This document shows positions 12,992 through 35,600 of a DNA stretch of 64,000 nt, one piece after another. The stretch is from Chrysomallon squamiferum (taxonomy: Eukaryota; Animalia; Mollusca), in assembly GCA_012295275.1 (NCBI GenBank), contig CM022673.1:12152001-12216000 (forward strand), written 5' to 3'. The translations under genes and the position numbers were made by a program. How positions within the stretch are numbered: the first letter of the stretch is position 1; each line of letters begins with the position of its first letter. The notes beneath the pieces were generated by a model. It did not search any database, had not been told where the DNA came from, and saw nothing but the letters and a program-made list of their open reading frames with translations.

Positions 12992-14296
12992 AAAAGACAG
13001 TAATTTATTGAAGTCTGTGATACAGAAATAAAATTTATTAAATTTGTTGTAAATCTTTTTATTTTCCATTTTCATAGTTAATGAACAAACCACCTGTTAA
13101 AAAATCATTTCTTAAACTAGTAGTGAAACCATTCAGACAACTCATACACATACATACAAACACACATAATGTATATAACCTTCCACTCTAAAAATTGATA
13201 CCTATAAAACATGATTTTTTTTTTTATTAATCTTGTTATAGTTTAGTCCAAATGAATAACTGTATTTTATTTCTCTCATAATAATTATCCAGGTTTGCCA
13301 GGTTTGCATAATTCAGTTATCTGAAAATGTAACAGGAAATGACATTAAGTCAAAGATGGAGATTTGATTAGCTGCTATATTTACCTGCATAATTCATTGT
13401 ATTAAACATTTTGAATAATGGCCGACACCAGTGTGTTACAACGATTTATACAACAAATTTTCATCTTATGTTTATATCAAAAGATTAAAATGTTCATGAT
13501 TAATCTTTTAATGAGTTAATCACTGGCAGGACAACTGAATTTATTGTTAGGATTAACCAGTGCAATCAAAGGAATGTTCTGTAATTGAATTGTTCAATGA
13601 GTATGAATGGATAACTGCCCTGAAGAATCAACAACAAATGAGTCCTGAACAACACTGGTTAACAAAACAGTCACTGGTGCGTACTAAGTCCTGAGAAGGT
13701 ATAAATATGAATGAAAAAGTAATGGCATTACTGTGTAAAGACAATAGATGGATGTTAAATTAATGGTAAAAGAGGTTTAGTAAATAGATGTTATATCTAA
13801 ACATTTTAAATGAATATAAAAAGTCAGTTCTGAAGACACCAAGAGTGTGACGCTTTACAGAAAATACACGAGTATTAAATAAACTACTGGATGTTAGAAA
13901 TCACTTGATGAATAATGAAAACATTATTTAAAAAAACAAACAATCCCTGCATAATTATATATTTGAAAGAAAACTTTTTTCTAAGTGTCTGGTGTTATAA
14001 CTGATCTGAGAATAAAAATTCCAATCAAAGGTGGGCCCATCATAATACTCCATTTCTTTTGCTCCAAGATAGTAACCATTGTCAGTTTTATTACCTATCA
14101 CATTTAACAAAGTAAACCAACTGGCAAAACCTTAACACAGCTGATGACTTTCTTAAACATCTGTTGAACAATGATTCCAAGAAAGAGAAGCACCTAAAAA
14201 CTGTTTTCGTTTTTCAAAATTTTCTTTTCTCTGATAATTTTTGAAAATTAATCCCAACGTAACAAAAGCATATAATAAAAAAAACTTTTGTTTCTT

Positions 14297-17200
14297 TCAT
14301 CTTTTTCTTTTCTTTGGCATTCGAACTGGTCTTAAGTAAGGATTGTCTATAGCCTCAGAGTCTTGTGAGTCTTGAGGAAGTAAAGTCTGGGAGGACTGGA
14401 GATCTGTGCCTCCATTCTGCGAGTTGAGAGCAGTTTTAGAGTCTGTTGTTTGTGGAGCTGTATCTTTGGGTCGTTTAGTTACCGGTTCCTCCAGTTCTTT
14501 GGGTTCCTGAGAATCTAGATCTTGATCTTTTGGCAGAAGAGCATTGAGATAAGGAAGAGGAACAGGCTTGATAGCTATTACTAATTAAAAAAAGCCAAAA
14601 TTAATGATAATGAGATCACTGTAATATTAGAGATATATTTTACTAAACACATTCAAAATTATTGGTAAATATTATTTTCATTATAATATAATGATATGGG
14701 AATATATCGAATGATTTATTTTTATTATAAGATATGTGATATGGCTGATAGATTTTTATTAAAATATCTTTTACTTGCAAGTACCATTTTTATTTTATTG
14801 TTATTAGCATTACTTTTTAAGTCTTGCAAATATATTTACATAAATATATTTTAGGAAAAAATTCACTAATATCTTTTATTACGTAAATGAATAAATATCA
14901 AAAAAATATAAATATAAATATATATAATAAATACTTCAATAAACACTATTTTTTAGTAACAATGATATGGAAATAAAGTGTTGTTTAAATAATTTTATTT
15001 TGCTTATAAGATGAAAATTCACTGAGTTTATCTTAAATTAACATGTTTCACCGATTAAAACTTCAAATTTTGTTTTCAAAGCTACATAAAACAGAAACAG
15101 TTTGATGTCATCTTTACTTGTAATAAATATATCACATATAGAAATAGATACTCGTTATGTTTCCACTGCTTTATATGTAAAACATATAAAACAGCAGAAT
15201 AGTCTGACATCATTTTTACGTTCTATAAATTTTATCTTACATGGGAATGTGTTGATGTCATCTTTAAACAATGACTGTGTTTCTCCTGTTTTTGCAATGA
15301 ATCTAGTCAAAGCTCTCTCCACATCACGTTTTTGTGATGCTGCTTTCTCTCGGACATGTTGATACTCATTGAGCGGCTCCTTGTGAGTCTGGAACGGGAA
15401 AATCAACACCATTTTAAAAATTTAATTGTTTTTAGTATTTATGTCATTTAATCATATATTTATATTAATATGCGTAAACATAAACTTATTGTGAAAAAAA
15501 CAGTGATACATTTATATTTTAACAGTGGTCAACTGAGAAACAAAATATATACTATAAACTATAATATTATCTCACTGACAAATTTTACAGCCGTTAGATA
15601 CATAATAATAATTCTTAAAAATCTGCTATTTATTCAGATCATGTGGATAAGGAAAGCATATATTAATGTTACATATCAACCCTCTGAACTCTGAATTACT
15701 GGATTACATACAGTTCAATCTTGGCTTCAAAGAGAGTTGTTTTGAAACAGAGTTTATTCAGTTTGTAATCCTGTTGATTGCTTAAAATAATTTGAATGAA
15801 GTGTCTACATCATTGTTTGATCTTTACAGTGTCTAGTCATGTTTTTGCTACAGTGTTTCTGGCTTCTATAGATGACAGTTGTGTTCTAACACGAAATGAA
15901 AACTTACCAGCGTTTTAATGTATGTGTGAGGATCAGGAAAAACAGGCAGGTAGTCAGGTACATGTGATGGGTGTGGCATCTTGTCTGCTGTCTGGAGTGT
16001 TCTGGGATTGGGTGTGGGTGTACTCATTGGAGCTGGAAGACGAAAAACAAAATGATGGATAAATACATTTGAATCTGCTTAACAAATAAAACAAAAGCCT
16101 TTACCTCTGTATCTCTGTTATTACTAGCAAGAACAAAATATATCTGAAAATGGTAATAAATTGTTAGAAGTGCCTAATTTCACTGATTCAGTACTTATAT
16201 CTATAGATACAATTCTGTACTCTGAAAGTAATAAATTCAAACTTACGAGGAATAAAAACAGTTTTGTTTGGTCTTTTTGCGTAGGCAGGAATGGACTGCA
16301 CATTAACACCTGAAAAATAAAAGTATCCTGATTAAAATAAAAGTATCCTATTACAGATACTACTTTATTAATCTTGATTAAAATAAAAGTTTCTTGTGAG
16401 AAAAAATTTAAAAATGAAAACATAATCTAAAAATAAAACTAATTTAATCATTTGAAAAATTCAAGAATGATTCTTAAAACATAATAATTCATGAAAATAA
16501 TCAAAATTTCTAGTATGTGTGAATTATAATGATAATAACAATAGTAACTATATATACAGTATACCCTCACCTATTCGCGGTTCCCCATTCGCGGCCCCGC
16601 ATATTCGCGGGTTAGGCTCTTAACCCTATCGCATCGTATGCTGGTATACCAGGCTAGCGTCATAACGGCATAAAAACAAATGCTCAGTAAACCGGGTTTT
16701 TGTAGGTCATAGAGACTTAAGTGCCTGAAGAGTACGAATAATTACCTAAAGTGCTGTAAAGCAGCAGCTAAGCTGTGCCATACTGTACATTAGTGTTATC
16801 ATCATCATCGTATGGCACTGCAAATTTCATCATCATTTTATTATCATTCATTATTGGTGACAGCACAAACAATATCAAATTTTTTCAATTATTATTGCAA
16901 TACAGTACGTATTTTTTTATAAATGCATACACTGTATGTACAGTGCATATTTTTTGTGACTGTGTATTAATAATGTTTTTAATTGCATATTATTACTGAA
17001 TTGTATTATTATTACCTGAACTGTGCGTACTGTATTTATCTGTCTGTTTGCCTTTAAATTTGTTCCACTTTCTGTCAATTCTAATACATATGTTGTACGC
17101 ATAGAAAATGACTTTACGGTACAGTAATACTGTATGGGTAACTATGCTATGCGGTGTTACTGTCCTCCTGTACTTACGTTTCTTTCTGATTAAAATATTG

Positions 17201-18770
17201 TTTCAGTACAAAATTAAAATGTGTTTACATTATCATTACTACATTAGTGAAATACATAACTGCATGTAATATTACTACATTATTACTGTATTAATGAGTA
17301 AGAGTGTCTTTAGAAAGTGTTTGGGAAGCATTTAGTACCGTATATAATCTCATAATAGACGTTTTAAAACTGCATCCAATATTCGCGGTTTTTTGCTATT
17401 CGCGGGGGGGTAAAGAACGTAACCCCCGCAAATAGCGAGGGAATACTGTATATACACACACAGGCATTGAAATAAAGATTGTGTCTAGTAACCCATTTAA
17501 AAGACCTGGTAACCTATAGGTTACCACAAATTTATCAAGCTTATAATTCCCATTATTGTTGTTGTGAAATCCCTTACAAATATACATGGTGAACAGTATA
17601 ATATATTTGTTACTGATATTTTTTGGTTTTCATTTACTTCGAACCAAAGTCATTGGAAAATCCCATTTTTTAAATGTTCCCACATGAATGGATTCCATTT
17701 TAATTAAACAAATGCCCAGTAACGCTACATTTGAATTCAATACTGTTGCAAACTAAGTGACGTCACTTAAACATGTGTCTAAAAAGTGGAAGCATTAAAA
17801 ATTGATGAGAAATAGAAAAAAAAACGGAATTCCAGAATCAAACCTTAGATGTTTTTTTGCCAAAAGTTTCAGAAAGATTTTATTGATAGATGGTAACCTG
17901 AATGAGCGTTCTTGACTTATTTCTGTCCCTGCGTGCGCGCACACACATACACACACACAAATACATATATTTTTTTACTTAATAAATTTCAAAGTATGTA
18001 AGGTAAAGAATGTTAAAATCTGAAATACCCATTTCAATCAATGCCATGACAACATCACTTAACATTGATTCAGTGCGTCCAGATAACTCTGTATAATTTC
18101 TTGTACTTCTGCCAAGCTCAGTTAAAACTGTAATAAAATATATATCTACTTGATATAATCAATTTATCTGAAATAAAAATATTGTTAATACTAATTATAC
18201 ATTGTTATTATTAGTATTACTCGTTTTTGAAAATAGGCTAAAAGCGGTAACATTAACAATTAAAATTTAAATTCATTAAGAATTAATAATTAAAAAGCTG
18301 TAAAGGTCTGAAGTTGTTTGTTTTCTTTCCCACTGTTTGTAGCTATATCATTCACCAAACTAGCAAATGTATATAAAGAATAAAATGACCACACTAACTT
18401 CGTAAGACACAGTCATCAAATTTTAATACATGAAACGTTCAAACGATGAACGACAAATTGAAATATTGAAATAAAAAGTTAAATTTCTTTAATATAAATA
18501 GAAACGGACCTACATAAATGAGACATTAAAGCCATTATGAATAGTTTAGTAACACATTTTAAAATATATATGTATATATATTTATAAATGAATTGCATAC
18601 AAAACGTAAAAGATATACAAAAAATACTGACAACTTTGAAGCATCTCTGTCAAAGTTTCAAGCACTGCATTCTCAGCTTGACCAAAACCAGCTTCAGAAC
18701 AGAGTGCTGCTACGGCCACTTTTAAAGCTTTTCGCCGCGACACTGCATGTCCGTCTAATTTCTGAGACAT
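14297..18770 (-). CDS. TAF8: Transcription initiation factor TFIID subunit 8, 6 exons
   Basis: Exons 18770-18632, 18127-18029, 16309-16247, 16032-15908, 15388-15241, 14580-14297, in phase and GT-AG. Histone fold ALCSEAGF...LETLTEMLQSFLTELGRS; HPSHVPDYLPVFPDPHTYIKT; REKAASQKRDVERALTRFIAKTGET; C-terminal IDNPYLRPVRMPKKRKR NLS. Confidence 0.95.
16557..17448. mobile_element. Non-autonomous Tc1/mariner-superfamily (pogo/Tigger-like) element in TAF8 intron 2
   Basis: Imperfect ~24-bp TIRs CAGTATACCCTCACCTATTCGCGG and CCGCAAATAGCGAGGGAATACTG, flanked by TA on both sides. Subterminal ATTCGCGG repeats at both ends; no transposase ORF. Confidence 0.85.
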
Positions 18771-19086
18771 CTGTAATGTTTTCACGGTTGTAAATCATAC
18801 AACAAAACGTAATAATGAATTAAAAACAATGGAAAACAAGATTTCCCTTCTTGGTCAACCATCGCGGTTTAATCCAATTTAAATTCCTCCATGACACTGC
18901 GGCATTTGCTGATTAAGGTATAAAATCGGATTTAAGCTTGTAACTTTTCATAAATCATGTGATATTTGATGTATTTTTCTAAAAGTGGAAATGATATTTT
19001 GTATATCAAATATAAGTTCTTATATTTTTTGTTTGTTTATTTGTTTTATCTTCATTATTATCATGAGCTTTATCATTAATATTTTT

Positions 19087-19108
19087 ATCATCATCATCAT
19101 CATCATCA

Positions 19109-19162
<54 letters not shown>
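19087..19162. repeat. Compound (ATC)n(ATT)n microsatellite
   Basis: Direct reading. Confidence 0.95.
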
Positions 19163-19166
<4 letters not shown>

Positions 19167-22100
19167 CACAGTAAATTTAAGAAAGAAAATGGTTTTTCAC
19201 TTTTTGGATGAAAATATGTTGATTTTATTCAAAATAGCAAATGAAGTTTCCAAACAAAATTATCCAATTTAGTAACAAAGAAAATAATGATACAAATTAA
19301 ATTATATTGAATTAAAATAAAATAAAATAAAATAAAATTTATGCTCTTTTTATTGCTTTCTGGTTTTTTTTTGTTGTTTTTTTAATAATAATTATTATTA
19401 CCAGAACCAAGCTTATTATAATCATAGTTGGAGTGTATAAAATAAGTTGAGAATTTACACAATCAGCAGGGCTTGAACCTAGATGGTAACATCTAATGTA
19501 TTTATGTTAAAGAATTTGATATTTGGGATGAGCCAGCTTCATGTTGTCTATTTTGTTTAATTATCTCAGTGTTAACCAAACATATTTTGTAACATGGTGT
19601 GTGTGTGTGCATGAGTGAATGTTCATGATGTACCATAGTATAATAATGCATTTATAAACTATGAAAAGGTTTTCTAACGTAAATATATAAACAGCAAAAA
19701 TTTTGGTGTGAATCAATCATTTACAACAAATCAATTTTCTTATTATTTTAATAACACTTTAACCAGTATAAAATTAATTGTAGTAAAAATGTATCTTTAT
19801 TATTATCATTATTGTTTGCTATATTTTATTTATTTAAATATTTTAATTATTATTATTTTTTTATATATATTTTTTTTTTTATTATTATTATTATTTTTTG
19901 TTAATTACATCAAAATACATACTGGACTCCTTCATTGCCTTGGAACCACTAAACACATATTTTTTTTTATCAGCTAAAGTTTATTTATTCTATACATTAT
20001 AAATTTTTTTGCTTATTGTTTCCTTCACATGAAATTCCATGTTTAAATTAGTGAATGTTTAGTTGTGAAAGATATTGACTTTTGTTTTTCACATTATAGT
20101 AATCAGCTTTATGAAACAATCAGACATAGACAGTGGCTTGTCACTTCGAATAAAATGCCACTGTGACAAAAATAATTTGTTGTATTTAATTGTCCAACTG
20201 GACATGAAAAGGAGTCATGTTGCCTAGTTTCCAAGTGAATTTTTAACAGACAAATTAACAGGTTTAAAACGTGCAATAACCATCTATTTCATAAAGCACA
20301 AGAATACCAGACATTAATCACTGTAATACAGATTTTGAAGAAATATGGCAAAATAATTTGGACTGAACTTGTCATTTTCGTATGGCCAAAATATTTGTTT
20401 GAATTAGACAGTCTTTTTGGGGTTTTTTCTCGTTGTTTAAGACTTGTATTTGATCAGTATGTACTGATTGCATACACACGTAAATTAAATATTGCGTAAC
20501 TTTAACAACTGAAGGTAATGTAGCAAGTTTTTACTTACATTTTGTATAAAATAAAACACTGAAAACGAGTAGTTACACAGTTTTATTTCTGACTAACAAT
20601 CTACTAAAGACACATGCATAACAAATATTGGCGTAATTCTCATGTTTTCTTAATACAAACAGTCCACAGCATTTTCTTAATATACTAACCAAAACAAAAT
20701 AGATTTAAACAAAAAATTCAACAATTAATAATCCAGGCAGTGAACAAATATTTTAAAAATAAATTTGTTTGATGTTCGAAACAATGGCTATGAATATATT
20801 AAATTTTAAGTCTTTTTTTATTTTTTAAATAGTAATAATCATAATATAAAATATATTATAAAGGTTTAAAACAAGAAATGTTCCATTAATTAAGGTGTGG
20901 TCCCTGTGATTATAAAATCATCATTGTACTTTGCATTTCACCGGTTACAGCTATTATCTTCTTTTCAACACAAATTCAAGCCACAACAGTTATTCATGTC
21001 TGCATAGATTTATATATATATTTCTTTTAACAGAACTATAAGTGTCAACAGTTAAAACTGAAAATATCAACATCACCTTATCAATCTTTTCTTTTACACT
21101 AATTTTCTGAAAATTCTGGTAATACAAACTGGCTTTGACCATATATGTATCTTTCAAAAAGTGTTTTAACGTACATTTTTATACAACTTCAAAGGAACAC
21201 AATAAAACAACAACAACAAAAAAAATATATATAAACAAACAAATAAATTAAAAAATTTAACTAAAATGAACATATCCTAAAAAATAAAAAAAGTAAAAAT
21301 AAATAACTCAATAAAATTATTATTTAATACACCATTATTTATTACATTTACAAATTTTTCTTTTAATGTATCTTAACAGAATATAATTTTTTTTTTATTT
21401 CATGTAATTTGTATGAATTTAAATGAACTGAATAATAATTTTATTTTTTATACTTTTTTTTTAAAACTTTAGTTTTAAAACTGGTTTTATCTTGTTTTGT
21501 GCAAAAGATTAATATGTGGAACTGTATTATATGTAAGTTTGTGTAGTATTATATGCTATATGCTTGAATGAACACAACATATATAAAATAAAATGCTTTT
21601 TAACCTTCAACTTCAAACTGGGAAAAGAACTAGAACAAATATCTATAAGTATTACCCAGGTTTCTTTTTCTTGATTTAAGTCATTTTGAATATACAAGAA
21701 TGGAGTGGTTACTTTTGTTTTTATCATGCTTTATTATTAACAAAGATTGGTTTCCAGCTACAGTTAATATATTTAGTTCTTTATTAGGACTGTGATAGAG
21801 ATATTTAAATATTAGACTGTCCCTGTTTTACTAGTGAGGTAATAACCAGTGGCACCGGCCTGATCTCCTCAAAAAACAACAACAACCTTTTAACATATCA
21901 GGCTATTAAAACAGTGTTAGAAAACATCTTGAGATAGTTATTTTTCACGACAAACCATGATTTTCATTTGACAGTAAGGAAATTTCTTGCTAAATACATT
22001 GATAATGGTACTATTTCTTAGAGAATATATCTCGTTATTTGTTTTTGTTCAGCAACAAGCTAGATTATTGGAAATTCAGTTATACAGCAGCACCGTAGAG

Positions 22101-22170
22101 TGAAGCACTATAAGTTGTGTAGTTTTTGTTTTGTTCCCAAGGCCTTGCAAAACAAATCTCAAAACAAAAT

Positions 22171-31288
<9,118 letters not shown>

Positions 31289-33329
31289 GACCTTGTCTGA
31301 GAATGAATACCGGTACAGTGACACTACAGTCGGGACATTTCGGATATTTTCGTATATCTTGTGAACATATCCGAAAAGGTCCGAAAGCACCTGTCATCCG
31401 ACTAAAAAATTTTCGTGGAGTTTTTCTTTGTGTACTAACATTTTATTAGCAATCAAAACGAAACGAAAGTTAATAATGATATTAAAATTTAAATATGATA
31501 TTCTGCATAAGAGCATAACTGCATAACCGCATTTAAAGCTATTTTTAATAGTATGTCCACATCTCAGAAACTTGAACAGATGTCCACAGTATGTATGACT
31601 ATAGGTATAGGTATGTATAAATGAGTACATATATGCTTTGTGTATAACTGTGTGTTTATGTGTTAGAGATAATTACATCCATGTGTTTCTGTACCTTTGT
31701 GACTGCTCCTCGATTGGAATACTAGTAGCTATGAAACTTGAACGTTATTAATTAACAATTTCTTTATATATAAATATATATGTTTACTTTTAATAAGTTC
31801 ATCCGTTTGTACTTATTTGTCAGAGTTCGTCTGTATATATGTGTGCTAGGACTGGTATATTTCTATATAAACAAATCTGTATGTTTATAGGTGTTTTTAA
31901 AAGTTCATCGTATTAAAAATGAACAATACACTTTGAACTCATGGATGTACTTTTGAAACAAATATAAAGGTGCAGTAATGGCATTTTACGGCCTCGTTTT
32001 CGTCCAGTTTGTTATTTTTATGGCATCATATGCATTTATTTGTATTTTATTTATTGATTTCTGATTTTTTATTTAAATAGTTTATTTGTTCATTAATTTT
32101 TTTAAATTCATCATTGTACTTGACAATTAAACAGAAAATTTATTCTATTTTTTAATTTTTTTTAATTATACATGGAATAATTAATATGATATATTGTTGT
32201 CATGGATATTTACATCAGCTTGGCAAGGATTATTGTTGATGTTATTTTTATTATATATTTTTTCTTCCCTTAATTTTTATTTTTATTTATTTACTTTTTT
32301 TTTATGGCATCTAAATATTAAATCCAAATCTCTAAACATTTTTCATCTTTTTTTAAAAAAAGTGTGGTTTTGCCCCAGAAAAAGAATTGGTAATAATAGT
32401 AATAATTATTTTGCATCTTTGTTCTTAAGATTTAGAGGGTAATGCCTAGATTTTAGTGGAAATTCAATGTTGCTATACACTGGACTGTTCTTTATTGGTT
32501 AGCAGGAAAGTTATCTTTTTTATGCACTTTCCCATTGGTGGGAAACATGTTAGTGTTATTGATTTTGAAAATGCTTATGTCTGCTGTGTACTGTCATGAA
32601 GTGTATGAAATATTTTTATTTTACTATCATCATCATCATTTTTAAATTTCCATAAAAAGAAAATGAAACCAAAACATACTGAAAATTAAAATTTTTATTT
32701 CTTACCAATTTATGCACATTTTTTTTCTAGACAATTTAAATAACAAATGTAACAACAAATAATTATTTTGCAACATATGTAAATGAAAAGATAAATAAAT
32801 AAAAATTTAGTGACATATTGCAATACAACATACTGAGATCATTCGAAAAAACATATTCTTGTAAATATATTACTAACGATTATATTCTACTACAACAGGT
32901 TCACATCTTTTTTAAATTATAAAATGATGCCCCCAAAATACATAAACGTATTAAAATTATTTTATTGAGTAACAACTGTTTCTGAAAAAAAACAAAAAAC
33001 ATCAAAACAAATTCAAATTAAAAAATGGCAAAAATGTTTATAGACTGCCAAAATATTGTAAAACATGACTTCATAGTAATATATGTATCATTGTATGTAA
33101 AGGAAAAAAATCTAGCCAATAAATATATTTACATTTTCTGTACAATAATAAAAAATAATTTAAAATTTAGTCTTACAATACTGAAGTGAAATACAACATA
33201 TTCTCACTGTGTCTGGGAATACAGACATATTGGCATTCCATGTCACCAATATTTTTATTACAAGATTCTTGGAATAATGTCTATATGTTTTTTTTTTGTT
33301 TTTTTTTTATAAAACTTTATTAACTTTTA

Positions 33330-34440
33330 TGTCAAAAGGGGCAACAACATTTTTGGTGGTGCTGAGGTGGAGCATGGATGCTGAAAGGGGGGAACCACTG
33401 CTCTACATCTGTGAAATGAGTGCAAGAACGTATCTTCTGATAACATCAACAACGTTTGAAGACAAACAGACCCTTGGATCAAACAGCAGACATTTAAACA
33501 AAACAAAAAAAATGTAGTTTTAATGTTTTTTTAACATGGATACAATATATTCTGAATTTCAACATGGGTGTTAACTGATGTAGGAACAGGAGGGTGCATC
33601 CTCTACTTTTCAGTGCTGGATGACAATGCAGACAGATGTCCTCCTTTCTTACAACTAGAGTTTTGCAATGGGTGTGGAGGAAAGCTCTACTGAAAATCAT
33701 CAACTCTACAATACCTGGCATAGAATATTGGAAATATTTGGCAAAAACGGAACTCTGAAGCAAGGAAAAGACATTCTAGAGATGGTTCACATGGAAAATT
33801 TCTGCATCATCATTTCTGCACCAAAGAAGATCACAAAGATTATGGCCCACATGGTTATGCAAACTATTTGCAAGAATATATATAGATATATTTTTTACAG
33901 TAATCATTGATTGCACTCAAGATGAGCAACATGATGAAGAAGAAGCGCCATGCCTATCTGTACCTAGGTCATCAAGAATGCTTCCATGCTACAAATGAAC
34001 TTGATGAATTTTACAATTCACCTGGCAAATTCAAGAAACTCTACCTTGACATGTCGAACAAAAACCTTGCTCTGTCAAACCTGAAGCTACCATGCCTGGT
34101 ACTTAGACTTGCATGTGGAATGGCTATTATCAGGAACTACAGAGATATAAAAAGAACATTGGAAGAAATTTCATGCACATTTGGCAGCAGCTCTGTATCA
34201 AACATTAACAAAATGTGTCCTTGGCAAAAAAGAAGTGACTGACTGTCTCAAAAAAATTGAACAGTCATTACAAGAAGAGGAAATAGCTGTTGCTGAATCC
34301 TCACTGCAGTGACTACTTTTATCAAAATGAAAAAGAAAATATTTTTCAGCATGCTGCTAAATGGATTCACAAAAAGACATTAAGCTGATGAGTAAAAGCT
34401 GTTATGATACAGTGCTGGAGATGACCCATTAGGCAGGAAC
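33330..34440 (+). pseudogene. Decayed coding-like segment of unknown family
   Basis: Consecutive frameshifted ORFs (33668-33910, 33907-34242) with protein-like composition and higher GC than the flanks, broken by stops. No family recognised. Confidence 0.3.
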
Positions 34441-34699
34441 ATGATAACCCTGCAACATGAAAACATGCTGAATGTTCTCCGTAAGACATGGGTTTAATGA
34501 ACTTTTAATAAATAATGTTCTGTTTGTAATATAGAAGAAGAAAAAAGATGATAAATATATACTTAACCAAAAAGGTTTAGTAAGTTTTTGTAAATGACGG
34601 TTGCTTCCAAAATTGTTTAAATGAAGTGATAAAACTTGGTAATATGTTAGTTGCATAAAACAAAAAGGAAGAATTTATCCTGTTACAACGGGTTGCTGT

Positions 34700-35600
34700 C
34701 CATGCTTAATGGAAAATCAATCTCATGAAGCAATGATATGATTTAACACCAGCCAACATGTACATGACGTCTCTCAGTACTTTCATGTTCAAGACAGTAC
34801 CATATCACAACTTTGATAATGCATACACAAACGTGGGCAAGTGAGAGATCGAGCACATTCTGGTAGCCCACGATTAACTACTCCAAGGGAAGACTGGCAT
34901 TCTCTATCATTGCAGATTAATGGCACTAGAAGGTGTGCTGAAACTGTCTTTAACTGTCTTCTGGATTACTAGCACATGAACCGGCAGTAGCTATTCTCCT
35001 GACAGTTTGTAACATTCAGGAATGTCTGAGATGGGCCAGAATACACCAACACTGGCAACACAGACAATGGGATCAGACATTATTCACAGATTAATCCAGG
35101 TTTTGTGTTCGGTTTGTTGACGGTAGGTGTCATGTATGGAGACAGTGTGGAAAATGATTTGATGCAGACATGGTGGATGCAGTGTCATGGTCTGGGCTGG
35201 CATTCATGGTGGAGGTAAAACAGTACTTGTTTTCATTCATGGAAACATGACTGCTCAACGTTACTGTGACAAGATTATTACACCAGTAGCATCCTGGCTT
35301 TCTGTTTCAACATGACAAAGCTAGATCACAAACCACTAAGCTAATCACTAAGCTGATCTTCTTGAGTGGAACCACATGCAAGGGTTGAACTGGCCACCAA
35401 AGTATCCTGACTTGTCCCAAACTGAGAATGCATGGGACCTACTGAGCCCATAAGGTATGTGAAAATCATCCTCATATCCTTAATGACTATGGCTACAAAT
35501 TGGTCTGAACCGCTATGGAACACAATTACTGTTCCTGAGATTAAAGCTCTCATTAGAGGCATAAGACAATGATGTACTGCTGTGCACACATGCCTTACTG
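34700..35600 (+). mobile_element. Decayed Tc1-family (DD34E) transposase
   Basis: Fragments in the expected order: VSQYFHVQDSTISQL, GQVRDRAHSGSPRLTTPRED (GRPR linker), WDQTLFTD*SRF, SVMVWAGI, GNMTAQRYCDKI, FQHDKARS, WPPKYPDLSQTENAWD (WPxxSPDLNPIE). Many stops and frameshifts. Confidence 0.88.

Noticed and set aside
19460-19490. B-box-like GGTTCAAGCCC on the minus strand (tRNA/SINE)
   Set aside because: No A-box or cloverleaf; too short to support.
31289-31390. N-terminal extension of GBE1 implied by ORF 31031-31390
   Set aside because: It starts at a non-ATG codon and crosses the promoter inverted repeat; the ATG at 31288 fits the family.
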